From assembly GCA_001822065.1 (NCBI GenBank), contig MHPJ01000009.1, forward strand, positions 38,663 to 83,342: a stretch of DNA of 44,680 nt, in the 5' to 3' direction. The first letter of the stretch is position 1. Every line of letters begins with the position of its first letter. Position numbers and translations under genes: made by a program. This document shows, piece by piece, positions 25,590 through 33,492 of the stretch. Under the pieces are notes generated by a model, which worked only from the letters and a program-made list of their open reading frames with translations, had not been told where the DNA came from and did no database searches. The stretch is from Candidatus Staskawiczbacteria bacterium RIFOXYB1_FULL_37_44. Lineage in GTDB: Bacteria > Patescibacteriota > Minisyncoccia > Minisyncoccales > Staskawiczbacteraceae.

Positions 25590-25794
25590 AAAAGCCACAG
25601 ACGATAGCGTAGCGAAAGCGTAAATCCTATCTAGGCGACTAACCCAACTTTGTTGGGCGAAATGTCTGTGGAAACAGGCATTTTTTATTCTTAAAAAATT
25701 AGCAAGGTGTCGCAACGTAATTTTAGCACTAAGGCATTTTATAAATCATGCTAAAATTACGAAGTGAATTTACTCGCTTGCTCGCAAATTCATG
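25590..25794 (+). ncRNA. Structured rplJ 5' leader, probably a ribosomal protein L10 leader with attenuator
   Basis: The long-range pairing CCACAGAC (25595-25602) with GTCTGTGG (25664-25671) encloses inner hairpins GATAG/CTATC and CCCAAC-TTT-GTTGGG. An alternative hairpin TGTCTGT-GGAA-ACAGGCA (25663-25680) followed by TTTTTTATT competes for the same 3' strand. A 12-bp perfect inverted repeat lies at 25717-25728 and 25749-25760. A hairpin at 25765-25792 reaches into the ATG. Confidence 0.45.
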
Positions 25795-26313
25795 GCGCTT
25801 ACAAAAGAGCAAAAAATAAAGCAAATAGAAAATATAAAAGAAAAAGTTTCAAAACAGAAATCGGTAATTTTTGTTGATTTCTCAAAAGTTGCTTCAAAAG
25901 ATATGTTTTCTTTGAGGAAAAACTTAAAAGAAGCCGGATGCAATTTGAAAATTGCTAAAAAAACTTTGGTAAGAATTGCTTTCGGGCAGTCAAACATTTC
26001 CTTTTGGAACAAAATAATGCCCAGCATTCCCGGACAGTTGGCATTGGTGTTTGGAATTGAAGACGAAATAGCCCCGGCTAGAATTGCAAATAATTTTGCA
26101 AAAACCCAAGAGAACTTCAAAATTTTAGGAGGAATTTTTTCCGCCCAAGGCGGACCAGCCTCGGGCTGGGAATTTATTGCAAAAGAAAGGGTTTTAGAAT
26201 TGGCAAATATACCGCCAAGAAACGAATTACTGGGCAGATTGGTTGGATCAATTTACAGTCCGGTATCAAGTTTTGTAAGAGTGTTAGATAAGGTTAGGCA
26301 AGCAAAAGCCTAA
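25792..26313 (+). CDS. rplJ: 50S ribosomal protein L10
   Basis: MALTKEQKIKQIENIKEKVSKQKSVIFVDFSKV...LRKNLKEAGCNLKIAKKTL. It sits directly upstream of rplL. Confidence 0.9.
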   Translation: MALTKEQKIKQIENIKEKVSKQKSVIFVDFSKVASKDMFSLRKNLKEAGCNLKIAKKTLVRIAFGQSNISFWNKIMPSIPGQLALVFGIEDEIAPARIANNFAKTQENFKILGGIFSAQGGPASGWEFIAKERVLELANIPPRNELLGRLVGSIYSPVSSFVRVLDKVRQAKA

Positions 26314-26473
26314 CACTTATACCAGACATTATAAAAATATATAAAGTGGTATAAAATTAGAGAAAATAAAAATTAATTAATAATAGCGGCATCGCCACAA
26401 TTTATACAAATGTATTTGATATATCATGTATAAATCGCGGCATGAATTTATTCGCTCCGCTACATAAATTCAT

Positions 26474-26881
26474 ATGACAGACGAAGTAAAAGTTGAAATA
26501 CCGGAAAAATTTCAAAAACTGGTAGCCGAAATAGAAAAAATGCCGATTGTAGAATTGGCAGAACTGGTAAAAGTTTTGGAAAATAAATTTGGAGTTTCAG
26601 CCGCCGCTCCAGTGGTTGCCGCTTCCGCCGCAGGCTCCGGCGAGCCAACGGAGGAAAAAACATCTTTTAATGTTGAATTGAAAGAAGTTGGAGCCCAAAA
26701 AATTGAGGTCATTAAAGTTGTCCGCGACGTAACTGCAAAAGGATTAAAAGAGTCAAAAGATTTGGTTGACGCAGCCGTAGCCGGCACAGCCCAATTGGTA
26801 AAAGAGGGTGTAAAGAAAGAAGAAGCCGATGAAATTGCAAAGAAATTTACAGCAGCGGGAGCCAAGGTAGAAATAAAATAA
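26474..26881 (+). CDS. rplL: 50S ribosomal protein L7/L12
   Basis: [20 protein letters not shown], an Ala-rich hinge, [35 protein letters not shown] and [19 protein letters not shown]. Confidence 0.92.
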   Translation: MTDEVKVEIPEKFQKLVAEIEKMPIVELAELVKVLENKFGVSAAAPVVAASAAGSGEPTEEKTSFNVELKEVGAQKIEVIKVVRDVTAKGLKESKDLVDAAVAGTAQLVKEGVKKEEADEIAKKFTAAGAKVEIK

Positions 26882-26907
26882 ATTTTGCGTTCGGAAATCA
26901 AAGCTAA

Positions 26908-26941
26908 AAGACAGTCTTGCTTATGCGGGACTGTTTTTTTG
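26908..26941 (+). terminator. Rho-independent terminator after rplL
   Basis: ACAGTC (26911-26916) pairs with GACTGT (26929-26934), extended by A-U and G-U pairs, followed by TTTTTTTGTT. Confidence 0.6.
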
Positions 26942-26968
26942 TTGAAAAAATGTTAAAATTATAAATAA

Positions 26969-27041
26969 GGACGAGTAGCTCAATGGTCAGAGCACTGCAT
27001 TCACATTGCAGGGGTTACAGGTTCGAATCCTGTCCCGTCCA
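26969..27041 (+). tRNA. tRNA-Val (anticodon CAC), no encoded CCA
   Basis: My manual fold uses acceptor GGACGAG/CCCGTCC (one A-C mismatch), D stem GCTC/GAGC, anticodon stem CTGCA/TGCAG with loop TTCACAT, and T arm ACAGG-TTCGAAT-CCTGT. Confidence 0.75.
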
Positions 27042-27050
27042 CTTCATAAT

Positions 27051-27458
27051 ATGGCTAGTTATAAAAAACTTTTTTGGACAGAACATTCTAAAATAAAAAT
27101 GCGGCAGTATGGTTTGTCGAAACAAAAATTGCTGGGAATTTTATACCGGCCGGAAAGAAAAGAGCAGGGGATTGCGCCGGGCACCAGCGCTGTAATGAAA
27201 ACAAACAAAACGTTTTTTAGAGAGAAACAAATAACTTTGGAAAAAGCCCTTCGGCAGGCTCAGGGTCTAACGACCTGGCAAAAACCCAAAAAAGCACCTG
27301 GCGAAATTTGGATAATGTTTAAAGATATCAGAAAAAAAGAAGAGGGAGAAGTAAGAAAAATAATAAGCGCGTGGCGTTATCCTGGAATTTCAAAACCTGG
27401 CGAGGAAATTCCAATTCCGGAAGATATAAAAAACGAAATACTAAATAATTTAATGTGA
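27051..27458 (+). CDS. Hypothetical protein, N-terminus resembles DUF4258-type small toxin-like domains
   Basis: I chose the ATG at 27051 because the ORF-track start 27006 lies inside the tRNA. WTEHSKIKMRQYGLSKQKLLGILYRPE resembles the t.Ha..rm..RgIs...v..vl pattern. The family call is weak and from memory. Confidence 0.4.
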   Translation: MASYKKLFWTEHSKIKMRQYGLSKQKLLGILYRPERKEQGIAPGTSAVMKTNKTFFREKQITLEKALRQAQGLTTWQKPKKAPGEIWIMFKDIRKKEEGEVRKIISAWRYPGISKPGEEIPIPEDIKNEILNNLM

Positions 27459-27464
27459 TAACTC

Positions 27465-27541
27465 GTCATTGCGAGGAGCCCGCAGGCGACGCGGCAATCT
27501 ATAACTCTGGATTGCTTCGTCGCTACGCTCCTCGCAATGAC
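27465..27541. repeat. 77-nt palindromic intergenic element (REP/MITE-like)
   Basis: GTCATTGCGAGGAGC (27465-27479) and GCTCCTCGCAATGAC (27527-27541) are perfect 15-bp reverse complements. The 47-nt interior is itself an imperfect palindrome (GGCGACGCGGCAATC versus GATTGCTTCGTCGCT). The right arm contains the ATG (27537) of the next gene. Confidence 0.75.
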
Positions 27542-27881
27542 AACAATTATGATAAACAAAATTTTAGGTTATGTTTTGCTAGTTTTGGGAGTAGTAATTA
27601 TGGTTTTTACCCTTTGGCAATCTTATAATATTTTTACCGCAAAAGTTGCGGCGCCCTTAATTTTCAGAACCCAGGTTCCTTTGCAGCAATCTGCGAGCGC
27701 TACTGATGTTCAAAAACAAATGAATGATGCGGTAAAGCAACAATTAAACCAAATTCTACCCCCGGATTCCATTACAAAAATTTTAAATTTGACAAGCTGG
27801 TCTCTGCTGGCGTTTATTTTAATTATGGGAGGTGGCGCAGTTTCTGGAATTGGTGTAAAATTGCTAAATGGAAACAAATAA
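27537..27881 (+). CDS. Two-TM membrane protein
   Basis: Hydrophobic segments ILGYVLLVLGVVIMVFTLW and SWSLLAFILIMGGGAVSGIGV. It overlaps the next ORF. Confidence 0.5.
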   Translation: MTTIMINKILGYVLLVLGVVIMVFTLWQSYNIFTAKVAAPLIFRTQVPLQQSASATDVQKQMNDAVKQQLNQILPPDSITKILNLTSWSLLAFILIMGGGAVSGIGVKLLNGNK

Positions 27882-28257
27882 CAAGCAAAATATTTTAATA
27901 ATGTGGGCTTTGTGGCAGTTTTATGAAATGCCGGTGTTTTTATTTTCGGTTTGGAAAAGCTATATTTTATTTTCCCTAAATTATTTTTCCTTGGTAAATT
28001 TGCTAAAATCGCTTTTTTCTCCATGGCGCCATTATCGGTGGAATTATCCCAAGCTAATAAATATGGGCGAATTTTTTAACACTTTAATTTCTAATACATT
28101 TTCCAGAATTATAGGATTTTTTATGAGAATTATTTTAATTATTGCCGGAATTTTATTCCAAATTTTTGTTATTTTTGCGGGAGCTGTAATTTTGCTGGCT
28201 TTTGTTTTGCTCCCGGTTGCCGTAATCGCAGGGATTTTTTTTATTTTTTATGTTTGA
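27868..28257 (+). CDS. Membrane protein
   Basis: The C-terminal IIGFFMRIILIIAGILFQIFVIFAGAVILLAFVLLPVAVIAGIFFIF is hydrophobic. It overlaps the Clp-like gene start by 8 nt. Confidence 0.5.
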   Translation: METNNKQNILIMWALWQFYEMPVFLFSVWKSYILFSLNYFSLVNLLKSLFSPWRHYRWNYPKLINMGEFFNTLISNTFSRIIGFFMRIILIIAGILFQIFVIFAGAVILLAFVLLPVAVIAGIFFIFYV

Positions 28258-30742
28258 ATTTAATTTGCAAAACACGGAAGTTATAAGAGCGGTAAAAACG
28301 GAAAGGTTTTGGATTTTTAGGTTCGCGGATTTTTTTAAAAATCTTTTTTTGTTTTTGTTTATTCTTTCTTTGGCCAATTTAATTTCTTCTTTTTTGGGTT
28401 TTGCGTCCGAATATGTTGCCATAAAAATAGCTGTATTGTTTTTTGCCGTGTTTCTTGTTTTTTGGAATATTAATTTGTTTGTAAATTTAAAAATTAAAAA
28501 GCCGAAAATTTTAGCCGGCAGCAATTTAGCCGATCGCTTAAGTTTCGATTCTGCAAAAATTGTTTTAGACGCAATGTCTTTTTGCAAGAAAAGAAAAATA
28601 AATGTATGCGCAACCGCATTATTTTGTTCAGCGCTAAAATTGGGCAAGGATACAAATTTAATTTGTATAAGGCTTGGGTTAAATCCTAAAAAATTGCAAT
28701 CGGATATTAAAAATTGTTTAGAAAAAATGCAGAGGCAAGGCGCTAATGAGCTGGTTTTTTCTGATGATTTTAAAAAAACTATTGAACTCGCGTATAAAAT
28801 TTCTGCAGACAGGCAGCGCGCAATCATCGGCGAAAAAGAAATTTTGACGGCTTTGGCAAATGAAGATGAATTTTTTAAAAAAATTTTGGTTGAGTTTGAT
28901 TTGAAAAAAGAAGATGTTGAAAATTTAACATTATGGCTGGATTCATCGCCCCGCGAAAATTTAATGGGCACTGGATCCATGGGAAAGGATTGGTCTTTTG
29001 GATATACCGTAACTTTAGATAGATTTTCTACAGATTGGCGGAGGGTTATTTCAAAATGGAAGTTTAGAAAAATCATCGGCCATAAAAAAGAAGTTGAGGA
29101 AACTGAAACAATTTTGGCCAAACCGGAAATCGCCAATGTTTTGATTGTTGGAAATCCCGGCACAGGCAGAAAAAGCATCGTGCAGCAGCTGGCGCAAAAA
29201 TGCTATTTGGGAACTTCTTTGCCCCAGTTAAATAATAAAAGGGTGGTTGAGCTGGATTGCGTTTTGCTTGCCGCGCAAATTCCGGATTTTGAAAAATTGG
29301 AATCTGCGTTAAACCAAATATTTTCTGAAGCCGCAATGTCTGGCAACGTAATTTTAGTTGTTGATGATATTGAAAATTTTGTCGGCCAGAAAGCGCAAAG
29401 AGCCGGCGCTTTTGATATTTCTGGAGTGCTTTCAAAATATTTGCCTTTGCCAAATTTTAAATTTATTGGCATAACGTCTTACGAAGGGCTCCACAAAAGC
29501 ATAGAAGAAAATTCTTCGTTTGCAAGTTTGTTTGAAAAAGTTGAAGTTTTGGAAGTTGCGGAAGCTGAAACAATAAATATTTTACAGTCTGTGGCTTTGG
29601 AATTGGAATATAAAAATAAAATGCTGGTTTTATATCCTTCTATCCGCGAAATTGTAAATTTGACTACCAGATATATGCCCAGTCTGCCTTTTCCAAAAAA
29701 AGCTTTGGATGTTTTACAGGAAGCTGTTATTTATGCCCAAAAAAATAAAGAAAAAATTGTTTTGCCCCATCACATTGCAGAAATCATTTCTAAAAGAACA
29801 GATATTCCTGTTGGAAAAATGGAGCTGAAAGAAAAAGAAACATTGCTTAATTTGGACAATTTAATCCACCAAAGAATTGTAAATCAAGCCGAAGCAGTTA
29901 GCGAAATTTCCATTGCAATGCGAAGAGCCAGAATGGGAATCGGCTCTAAAACTCGGCCAATGGGAACATTTTTATTTTTAGGCCCGACAGGAGTCGGAAA
30001 AACCGAAACTGCAAAAGCCTTGGCTCAAATTTATTTTGGCAGCGAGGCAAAAATGATAAGGCTTGATATGTCGGAATTTCAGTCAATTTCAGATATTTCC
30101 AGGCTGATTGGAGCTGTAAGTCCAATTGAAATGCAAGGCCTTTTGACCACTCCTGTAAGAGAAACTCCATTTTCTTTGGTTTTGCTGGACGAAATTGAAA
30201 AAGCGCATAAAAACATTTTAAATTTATTTTTGCAAGTTTTAGACGAAGGCCATATTACAGACGGGCAAGGCAGAAAAGTTGCTTTTAGCAACACAATAAT
30301 TATCTGCACATCAAACGCCGGATCAGAAGATATTTTCAATAAAATTGAACAAAACCAGCCCGTAGTAAAAGATAAATTATTGGATGGGCTTTTTGCAAAA
30401 AAAATATTCAAGCCAGAATTTGTAAATCGTTTTGACGCAACGGTAATTTTTCATCCGCTTACAAAAGAAAATTTATTGCAAATTGCCCAATTGTCCCTGC
30501 AAGTTCTGCAGAAAAATTTAAAAGAAAAAGAAATTGATTTTGAAATCACAGAATCCCTTAAGGAAAAAATTGTGGAGCTTTCTTATAAGCCAGAATTTGG
30601 CGCTAGGGAAATGCGAAGAGTTATCCAGGATAAAGTGGAAAATTCGGTTGCGCAAGCTTTATTGTCTGATAAAATAACCAAAGGAGATAAAATTCATGTT
30701 GACTCAGAAAACTTTCAAATAATCGTAAACCCAGTTTCGTAG
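28250..30742 (+). CDS. Membrane-anchored two-ring Clp/Hsp100 AAA+ ATPase with a non-canonical first ring
   Basis: N-terminal hydrophobic helices and two Clp_N-like repeats. D1 has VGNPGTGRKSIVQQLAQK and VILVVDDIENF. D2 has the canonical FLFLGPTGVGKTETAKAL, LVLLDEIEKAH, TSNAGS and FKPEFVNRFD. Confidence 0.85.
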   Translation: MFEFNLQNTEVIRAVKTERFWIFRFADFFKNLFLFLFILSLANLISSFLGFASEYVAIKIAVLFFAVFLVFWNINLFVNLKIKKPKILAGSNLADRLSFDSAKIVLDAMSFCKKRKINVCATALFCSALKLGKDTNLICIRLGLNPKKLQSDIKNCLEKMQRQGANELVFSDDFKKTIELAYKISADRQRAIIGEKEILTALANEDEFFKKILVEFDLKKEDVENLTLWLDSSPRENLMGTGSMGKDWSFGYTVTLDRFSTDWRRVISKWKFRKIIGHKKEVEETETILAKPEIANVLIVGNPGTGRKSIVQQLAQKCYLGTSLPQLNNKRVVELDCVLLAAQIPDFEKLESALNQIFSEAAMSGNVILVVDDIENFVGQKAQRAGAFDISGVLSKYLPLPNFKFIGITSYEGLHKSIEENSSFASLFEKVEVLEVAEAETINILQSVALELEYKNKMLVLYPSIREIVNLTTRYMPSLPFPKKALDVLQEAVIYAQKNKEKIVLPHHIAEIISKRTDIPVGKMELKEKETLLNLDNLIHQRIVNQAEAVSEISIAMRRARMGIGSKTRPMGTFLFLGPTGVGKTETAKALAQIYFGSEAKMIRLDMSEFQSISDISRLIGAVSPIEMQGLLTTPVRETPFSLVLLDEIEKAHKNILNLFLQVLDEGHITDGQGRKVAFSNTIIICTSNAGSEDIFNKIEQNQPVVKDKLLDGLFAKKIFKPEFVNRFDATVIFHPLTKENLLQIAQLSLQVLQKNLKEKEIDFEITESLKEKIVELSYKPEFGAREMRRVIQDKVENSVAQALLSDKITKGDKIHVDSENFQIIVNPVS

Positions 30743-30757
30743 ACGGAGAGAGGGTAT

Positions 30758-30785
30758 TTGACACAAATTTTTGAAGGAATATAAT
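30758..30785 (+). promoter_or_regulatory. Consensus sigma70-type promoter
   Basis: TTGACA (30758-30763), 16-nt spacer, TATAAT (30780-30785). Confidence 0.55.
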
Positions 30786-30825
30786 AGAGATATAAATAGA
30801 AAAATATATTAGCCAATAATTATCT

Positions 30826-31464
30826 ATGAAAGAATTAAACAAGGTTTTAAACGAGAACGAAAAGATTTTTTGGGAAGGAGCTCCAAGTTTCTGGCCATTT
30901 CTTTTTGGCAGATCCTTTCCGCTTGTAATATTTGGTTTCTTCTGGATGATGTTTTTGATTCCATTCATAGCAATGGCTATTTACGATATATTATTCGGCA
31001 GCCATATTATTGGTTTTGGAATTCTACTTCTGCCTCACTTTTGGGTTGGAATTTTTCTGTTGTTCGGACCCGCCGTCTACAGCATTTTGGTTTTTAAACA
31101 TACCCATTATGCGATTACAGACAAAAGGGTGATTATTCAGAAGGGTTGGATCGGCAGGGATTTTGAGATTGTTGATTTTGATCAGATCACGAATGCCGAA
31201 GTTAACGTTGGTCTCTTTGATAAAATATTTGGCAAAGGAGATACTGGCAGCATTTTAATATCAACAGCAGGAACTTTTACACAAACTCGCCGAGGATTAT
31301 CAAGTAAGCCGTATACAATGTATAATATAACTAATCCGTACGATGCTTTTAAGTTTTTGAAAAAAGTTTCTCACGACGTTAAAACAGATATTGAATATCC
31401 GAACAAGCTTCGCCCTGAAGAAAATCCAGGGTATGGTACAAATTATGACCCAAGTAAGAAATAA
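30826..31464 (+). CDS. Membrane protein with bacterial PH (YdbS/YdbT-like) domain
   Basis: Two TM helices, then HYAITDKRVIIQKGWIGRDFEIVDFDQITNAEV, typical of bPH_2 domains. Confidence 0.6.
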   Translation: MKELNKVLNENEKIFWEGAPSFWPFLFGRSFPLVIFGFFWMMFLIPFIAMAIYDILFGSHIIGFGILLLPHFWVGIFLLFGPAVYSILVFKHTHYAITDKRVIIQKGWIGRDFEIVDFDQITNAEVNVGLFDKIFGKGDTGSILISTAGTFTQTRRGLSSKPYTMYNITNPYDAFKFLKKVSHDVKTDIEYPNKLRPEENPGYGTNYDPSKK

Positions 31465-31485
31465 TTTTAGAAGAAACCGGCAGAT

Positions 31486-31513
31486 TTGACACGATTTTTT
31501 TATAGAATATAAT
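31486..31513 (+). promoter_or_regulatory. Consensus sigma70-type promoter
   Basis: TTGACA (31486-31491), 16-nt spacer, TATAAT (31508-31513). Confidence 0.55.
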
Positions 31514-31541
31514 GGTATTATAGGTAATAAATCATAAGAAT

Positions 31542-31835
31542 ATGCTTGATGCAGAAGATATAAAAAAATTAATCGAGGCGCAAGAGCCGGTTTTTGCAAC
31601 AAAAAAAGATTTGCAAGACATAAAGGATGATATTTTTGAGTTTAAAAGTGAAATTTTAACCGGACAAGATCAAATATTAAAAGAGTTAAAGACATTGACG
31701 GAGGAAAAAACAGTTAAAGACGCGCAAGAAAAAAGAGAGAAAAAAGTTTTGGAGATTCATGACAGCGCACTAAAAAATAATAAAATTTTATCAAAAGAGC
31801 AGTCACTGGAAATTGATAATTTGCGAGTATTTTAA
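31542..31835 (+). CDS. Small coiled-coil hypothetical protein
   Basis: A 97-aa charged helical sequence with its own promoter. No family recognised. Confidence 0.4.
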   Translation: MLDAEDIKKLIEAQEPVFATKKDLQDIKDDIFEFKSEILTGQDQILKELKTLTEEKTVKDAQEKREKKVLEIHDSALKNNKILSKEQSLEIDNLRVF

Positions 31836-31961
31836 AAATGAAAAAGATAATAAATAAAAATTTAAATACCTCCTTGTTGTTAAGCTTGCTTTTGTTATGC
31901 AAAGGTCCGGGAGGTTTTATTCTAAAAATTTAAAAATTACAAAATTTAAAAATTAGAAATG

Positions 31962-31986
31962 AAATCCTCTCGGCGAGGATTTTTTG
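31962..31986 (+). terminator. Hairpin plus T run at the left edge of GC-rich island 2
   Basis: AAATCCTC (31962-31969) pairs with GAGGATTT (31975-31982), followed by TTTTGTTTG. Confidence 0.55.
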
Positions 31987-32015
31987 TTTGTCCTTTCACA
32001 ATTAGAGGAGTTGCT

Positions 32016-32243
32016 ATGTGCGAACGAGATGGAAAGTTTGTGGTTCCTAAAAAACCGTCTGCCAAAATTAAGCGCAGATGGGTGGGTCTGGTTACTGCCA
32101 CGCGCGGAAAGCTTTACGAGGTGAATATTCTTCACACTGAAGATCCACGTTATGTTGGCGAACTTGTGACGCATTGTTTGCCCGAAGAGCTGATTGAATT
32201 TGGCTCTGAAGAAGCGGCAATGAATCATTTGTCAGGCAAATAG
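32016..32243 (+). CDS. GC-rich 75-aa hypothetical protein
   Basis: I chose the ATG at 32016 because AGAGGAG lies 5 nt upstream and the ORF-track start 31959 lies in the hairpin. MCERDGKFVVPKKPSAKIKRRWVGLVTATRGKLYEVNILHTEDPRYVGELVTHCLPEELIEFGSEEAAMNHLSGK. No family recognised. Confidence 0.5.
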   Translation: MCERDGKFVVPKKPSAKIKRRWVGLVTATRGKLYEVNILHTEDPRYVGELVTHCLPEELIEFGSEEAAMNHLSGK

Positions 32244-32273
32244 TTATTGCGCTCCCGGCTGTGCAGTGACTTT

Positions 32274-32305
32274 AGCGGTTTTTTGCCTCGAGGCAAAAAA
32301 CCGCT
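32274..32305 (+). terminator. Perfect 32-nt palindrome (terminator-like hairpin)
   Basis: AGCGGTTTTTTGCC-TCGA-GGCAAAAAACCGCT, followed by ATTTTATT. Confidence 0.6.
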
Positions 32306-32306
32306 A

Positions 32307-32322
32307 TTTTATTGTGCGACAA
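32307..32322 (+). repeat. 16-nt motif TTTTATTGTGCGACAA, copy 1 (contains the palindrome ATTGT-GCG-ACAAT)
   Basis: Identical 16-mer at 33520-33535. This copy ends 4 nt before a -35 box. Confidence 0.8.
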
Positions 32323-32326
32323 TGAC

Positions 32327-32355
32327 TTGACACGGAAAAAATAATATGCTATAAT
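32327..32355 (+). promoter_or_regulatory. Perfect consensus sigma70 promoter of the nucleotidyltransferase gene
   Basis: TTGACA (32327-32332), 17-nt spacer, TATAAT (32350-32355). Confidence 0.65.
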
Positions 32356-32403
32356 AAAAAAAGCACTTACAATCATTTACCGTTGAGATGAAAGGGTATA
32401 AAG

Positions 32404-33435
32404 ATGAGTAAAAGCACGCTGCTGGTTTCACAAAGTTCGTCGCTCCCGTTTGAGGAGCCGGTGTTTGTCCAGTCGAAAGAGTTGGACCTGGGTTGCCTGC
32501 CCGATTGGTCGGCAATACTTGAAGACATGCCCGTTGGCGTGGGCGTGAAAGGGGGAATTGCCAGAAAAATCCTGAAAGTGATTTCAGGGTTGAATGGTGA
32601 ACATCCGGACTTTGCGGCTGAAATGGACGGCAACGGCGATATTGATATTGTTGTTGCTGTTCCAAGGGTTTCCGCAGACCTGCGTCTGGCGATTCGGCAA
32701 CACTTCACCGGAATGAAATTTGGCGAAATGCAAGTGATGGCCAAGGACATCGAAGTTTCTGACAACCTTGAGCGGTATTTCCGTGTTAGGGATGTCACAA
32801 TGAACGAAGTCTTGGCTTTCCGCGTGAGCCATAATACGGTGATGCTGTACTTCACTGCGACCGCCCAGCAGGACATTAAAGGCGGGTTGATTTCACCGTC
32901 GATCCACTGTTTGCACACGAAGTTCGGCCAGGTTTGGCGGTATGATGAGAGAGGAAGATTTGTCATCTGCCAAAGCTTTGATCGCTGCCTGATTCGGTGG
33001 CTCAAGGGTCATGGACTTTACTACGGGATTCCAATGAGCACCTGGGATCACTATCGGGAAAGAAAGCTCGGTTTCCGGAGCATTTTCCGAATCTTCAAGA
33101 ATTTTGTAGGCGACGAGCAGAAGTTTCGTTTGTGCCATCGGCACTTGGCGGAGCTTGGGCTTATTGCGCGCGATTCTGACCCTAACTTGTTGTGGGGGTC
33201 GGCGATGTTTAATCTCAATGCGCGTCTGGCAAAGTTCGGCAAGAGGCTTTCATTTGTGGAGCCGGATGCCAAACAGATTGAAGATTGGATTTTGCGTAAA
33301 GAGCAAGAGTTCTGCGATTGGCAGTTTGATCGCTCAACGAGAGTGGCTATGGGCATGGAAGTTGAACCCGATACCGAGGCGCAGGTTTTCCTGCCCGACG
33401 GCCTCAAAAACTTCCCGGCATTTTACGGCCAGTAA
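32404..33435 (+). CDS. GC-rich divergent nucleotidyltransferase with CCA-adding enzyme/poly(A) polymerase head-domain motifs
   Basis: VKGGIARKIL...NGDIDIVV parallels GGxVRD...DxD. VRDVTMNEVLAF parallels RRDFTINA. TAQQDIKGGLISPS parallels the GG..DL....IR segment. The C-terminal ~170 aa are unrecognised. A sample line counts 53% GC. Confidence 0.6.
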   Translation: MSKSTLLVSQSSSLPFEEPVFVQSKELDLGCLPDWSAILEDMPVGVGVKGGIARKILKVISGLNGEHPDFAAEMDGNGDIDIVVAVPRVSADLRLAIRQHFTGMKFGEMQVMAKDIEVSDNLERYFRVRDVTMNEVLAFRVSHNTVMLYFTATAQQDIKGGLISPSIHCLHTKFGQVWRYDERGRFVICQSFDRCLIRWLKGHGLYYGIPMSTWDHYRERKLGFRSIFRIFKNFVGDEQKFRLCHRHLAELGLIARDSDPNLLWGSAMFNLNARLAKFGKRLSFVEPDAKQIEDWILRKEQEFCDWQFDRSTRVAMGMEVEPDTEAQVFLPDGLKNFPAFYGQ

Positions 33436-33492
33436 ACCAAAGTCGGTCTGCATTAGCAGAAAAAGCGAATACCGGCACAACCAAATTTCGCA

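Noticed and set aside
25717-25760. Possible CIRCE (HrcA) operator because of the TTAGCAC...TGCTAA inverted repeat
   Set aside because: CIRCE is TTAGCACTC-N9-GAGTGCTAA. This repeat is GTAATTTTAGCA-N20-TGCTAAAATTAC and sits upstream of rplJ, not a chaperone gene. I found no CIRCE-like sequence upstream of grpE or dnaK either.
27006-27050. ORF-track start at 27006 for the 150-aa protein
   Set aside because: The first 12 codons lie inside tRNA-Val. The in-frame ATG at 27051 just after the tRNA is the sensible start.
28153-29178. 341-aa minus-strand ORF, the longest antisense ORF in the window
   Set aside because: It lies entirely antisense to the well-supported Clp/Hsp100 gene. Its sequence is low-complexity and rich in K, F, S and L, with no motifs. 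It is typical of a shadow ORF in AT-rich DNA.
31921-31958. AAAATTTAAAAATT-type A/T repeats, also seen at 34115-34145, as possible regulatory repeats
   Set aside because: This is low-complexity A/T sequence in an AT-rich genome. The similarity is no more than expected, with no defined spacing to promoters.
32373-33407. Minus-strand ORFs of 210, 82, 83 and 118 aa, plus + strand ORFs 32997..33179 and 33155..33541, within the GC-rich island
   Set aside because: Higher GC removes stop codons in alternative frames. All of these overlap the 343-aa nucleotidyltransferase ORF, which has motifs, a consensus promoter and a terminator. None has a promoter, ribosome-binding site or recognisable domain.
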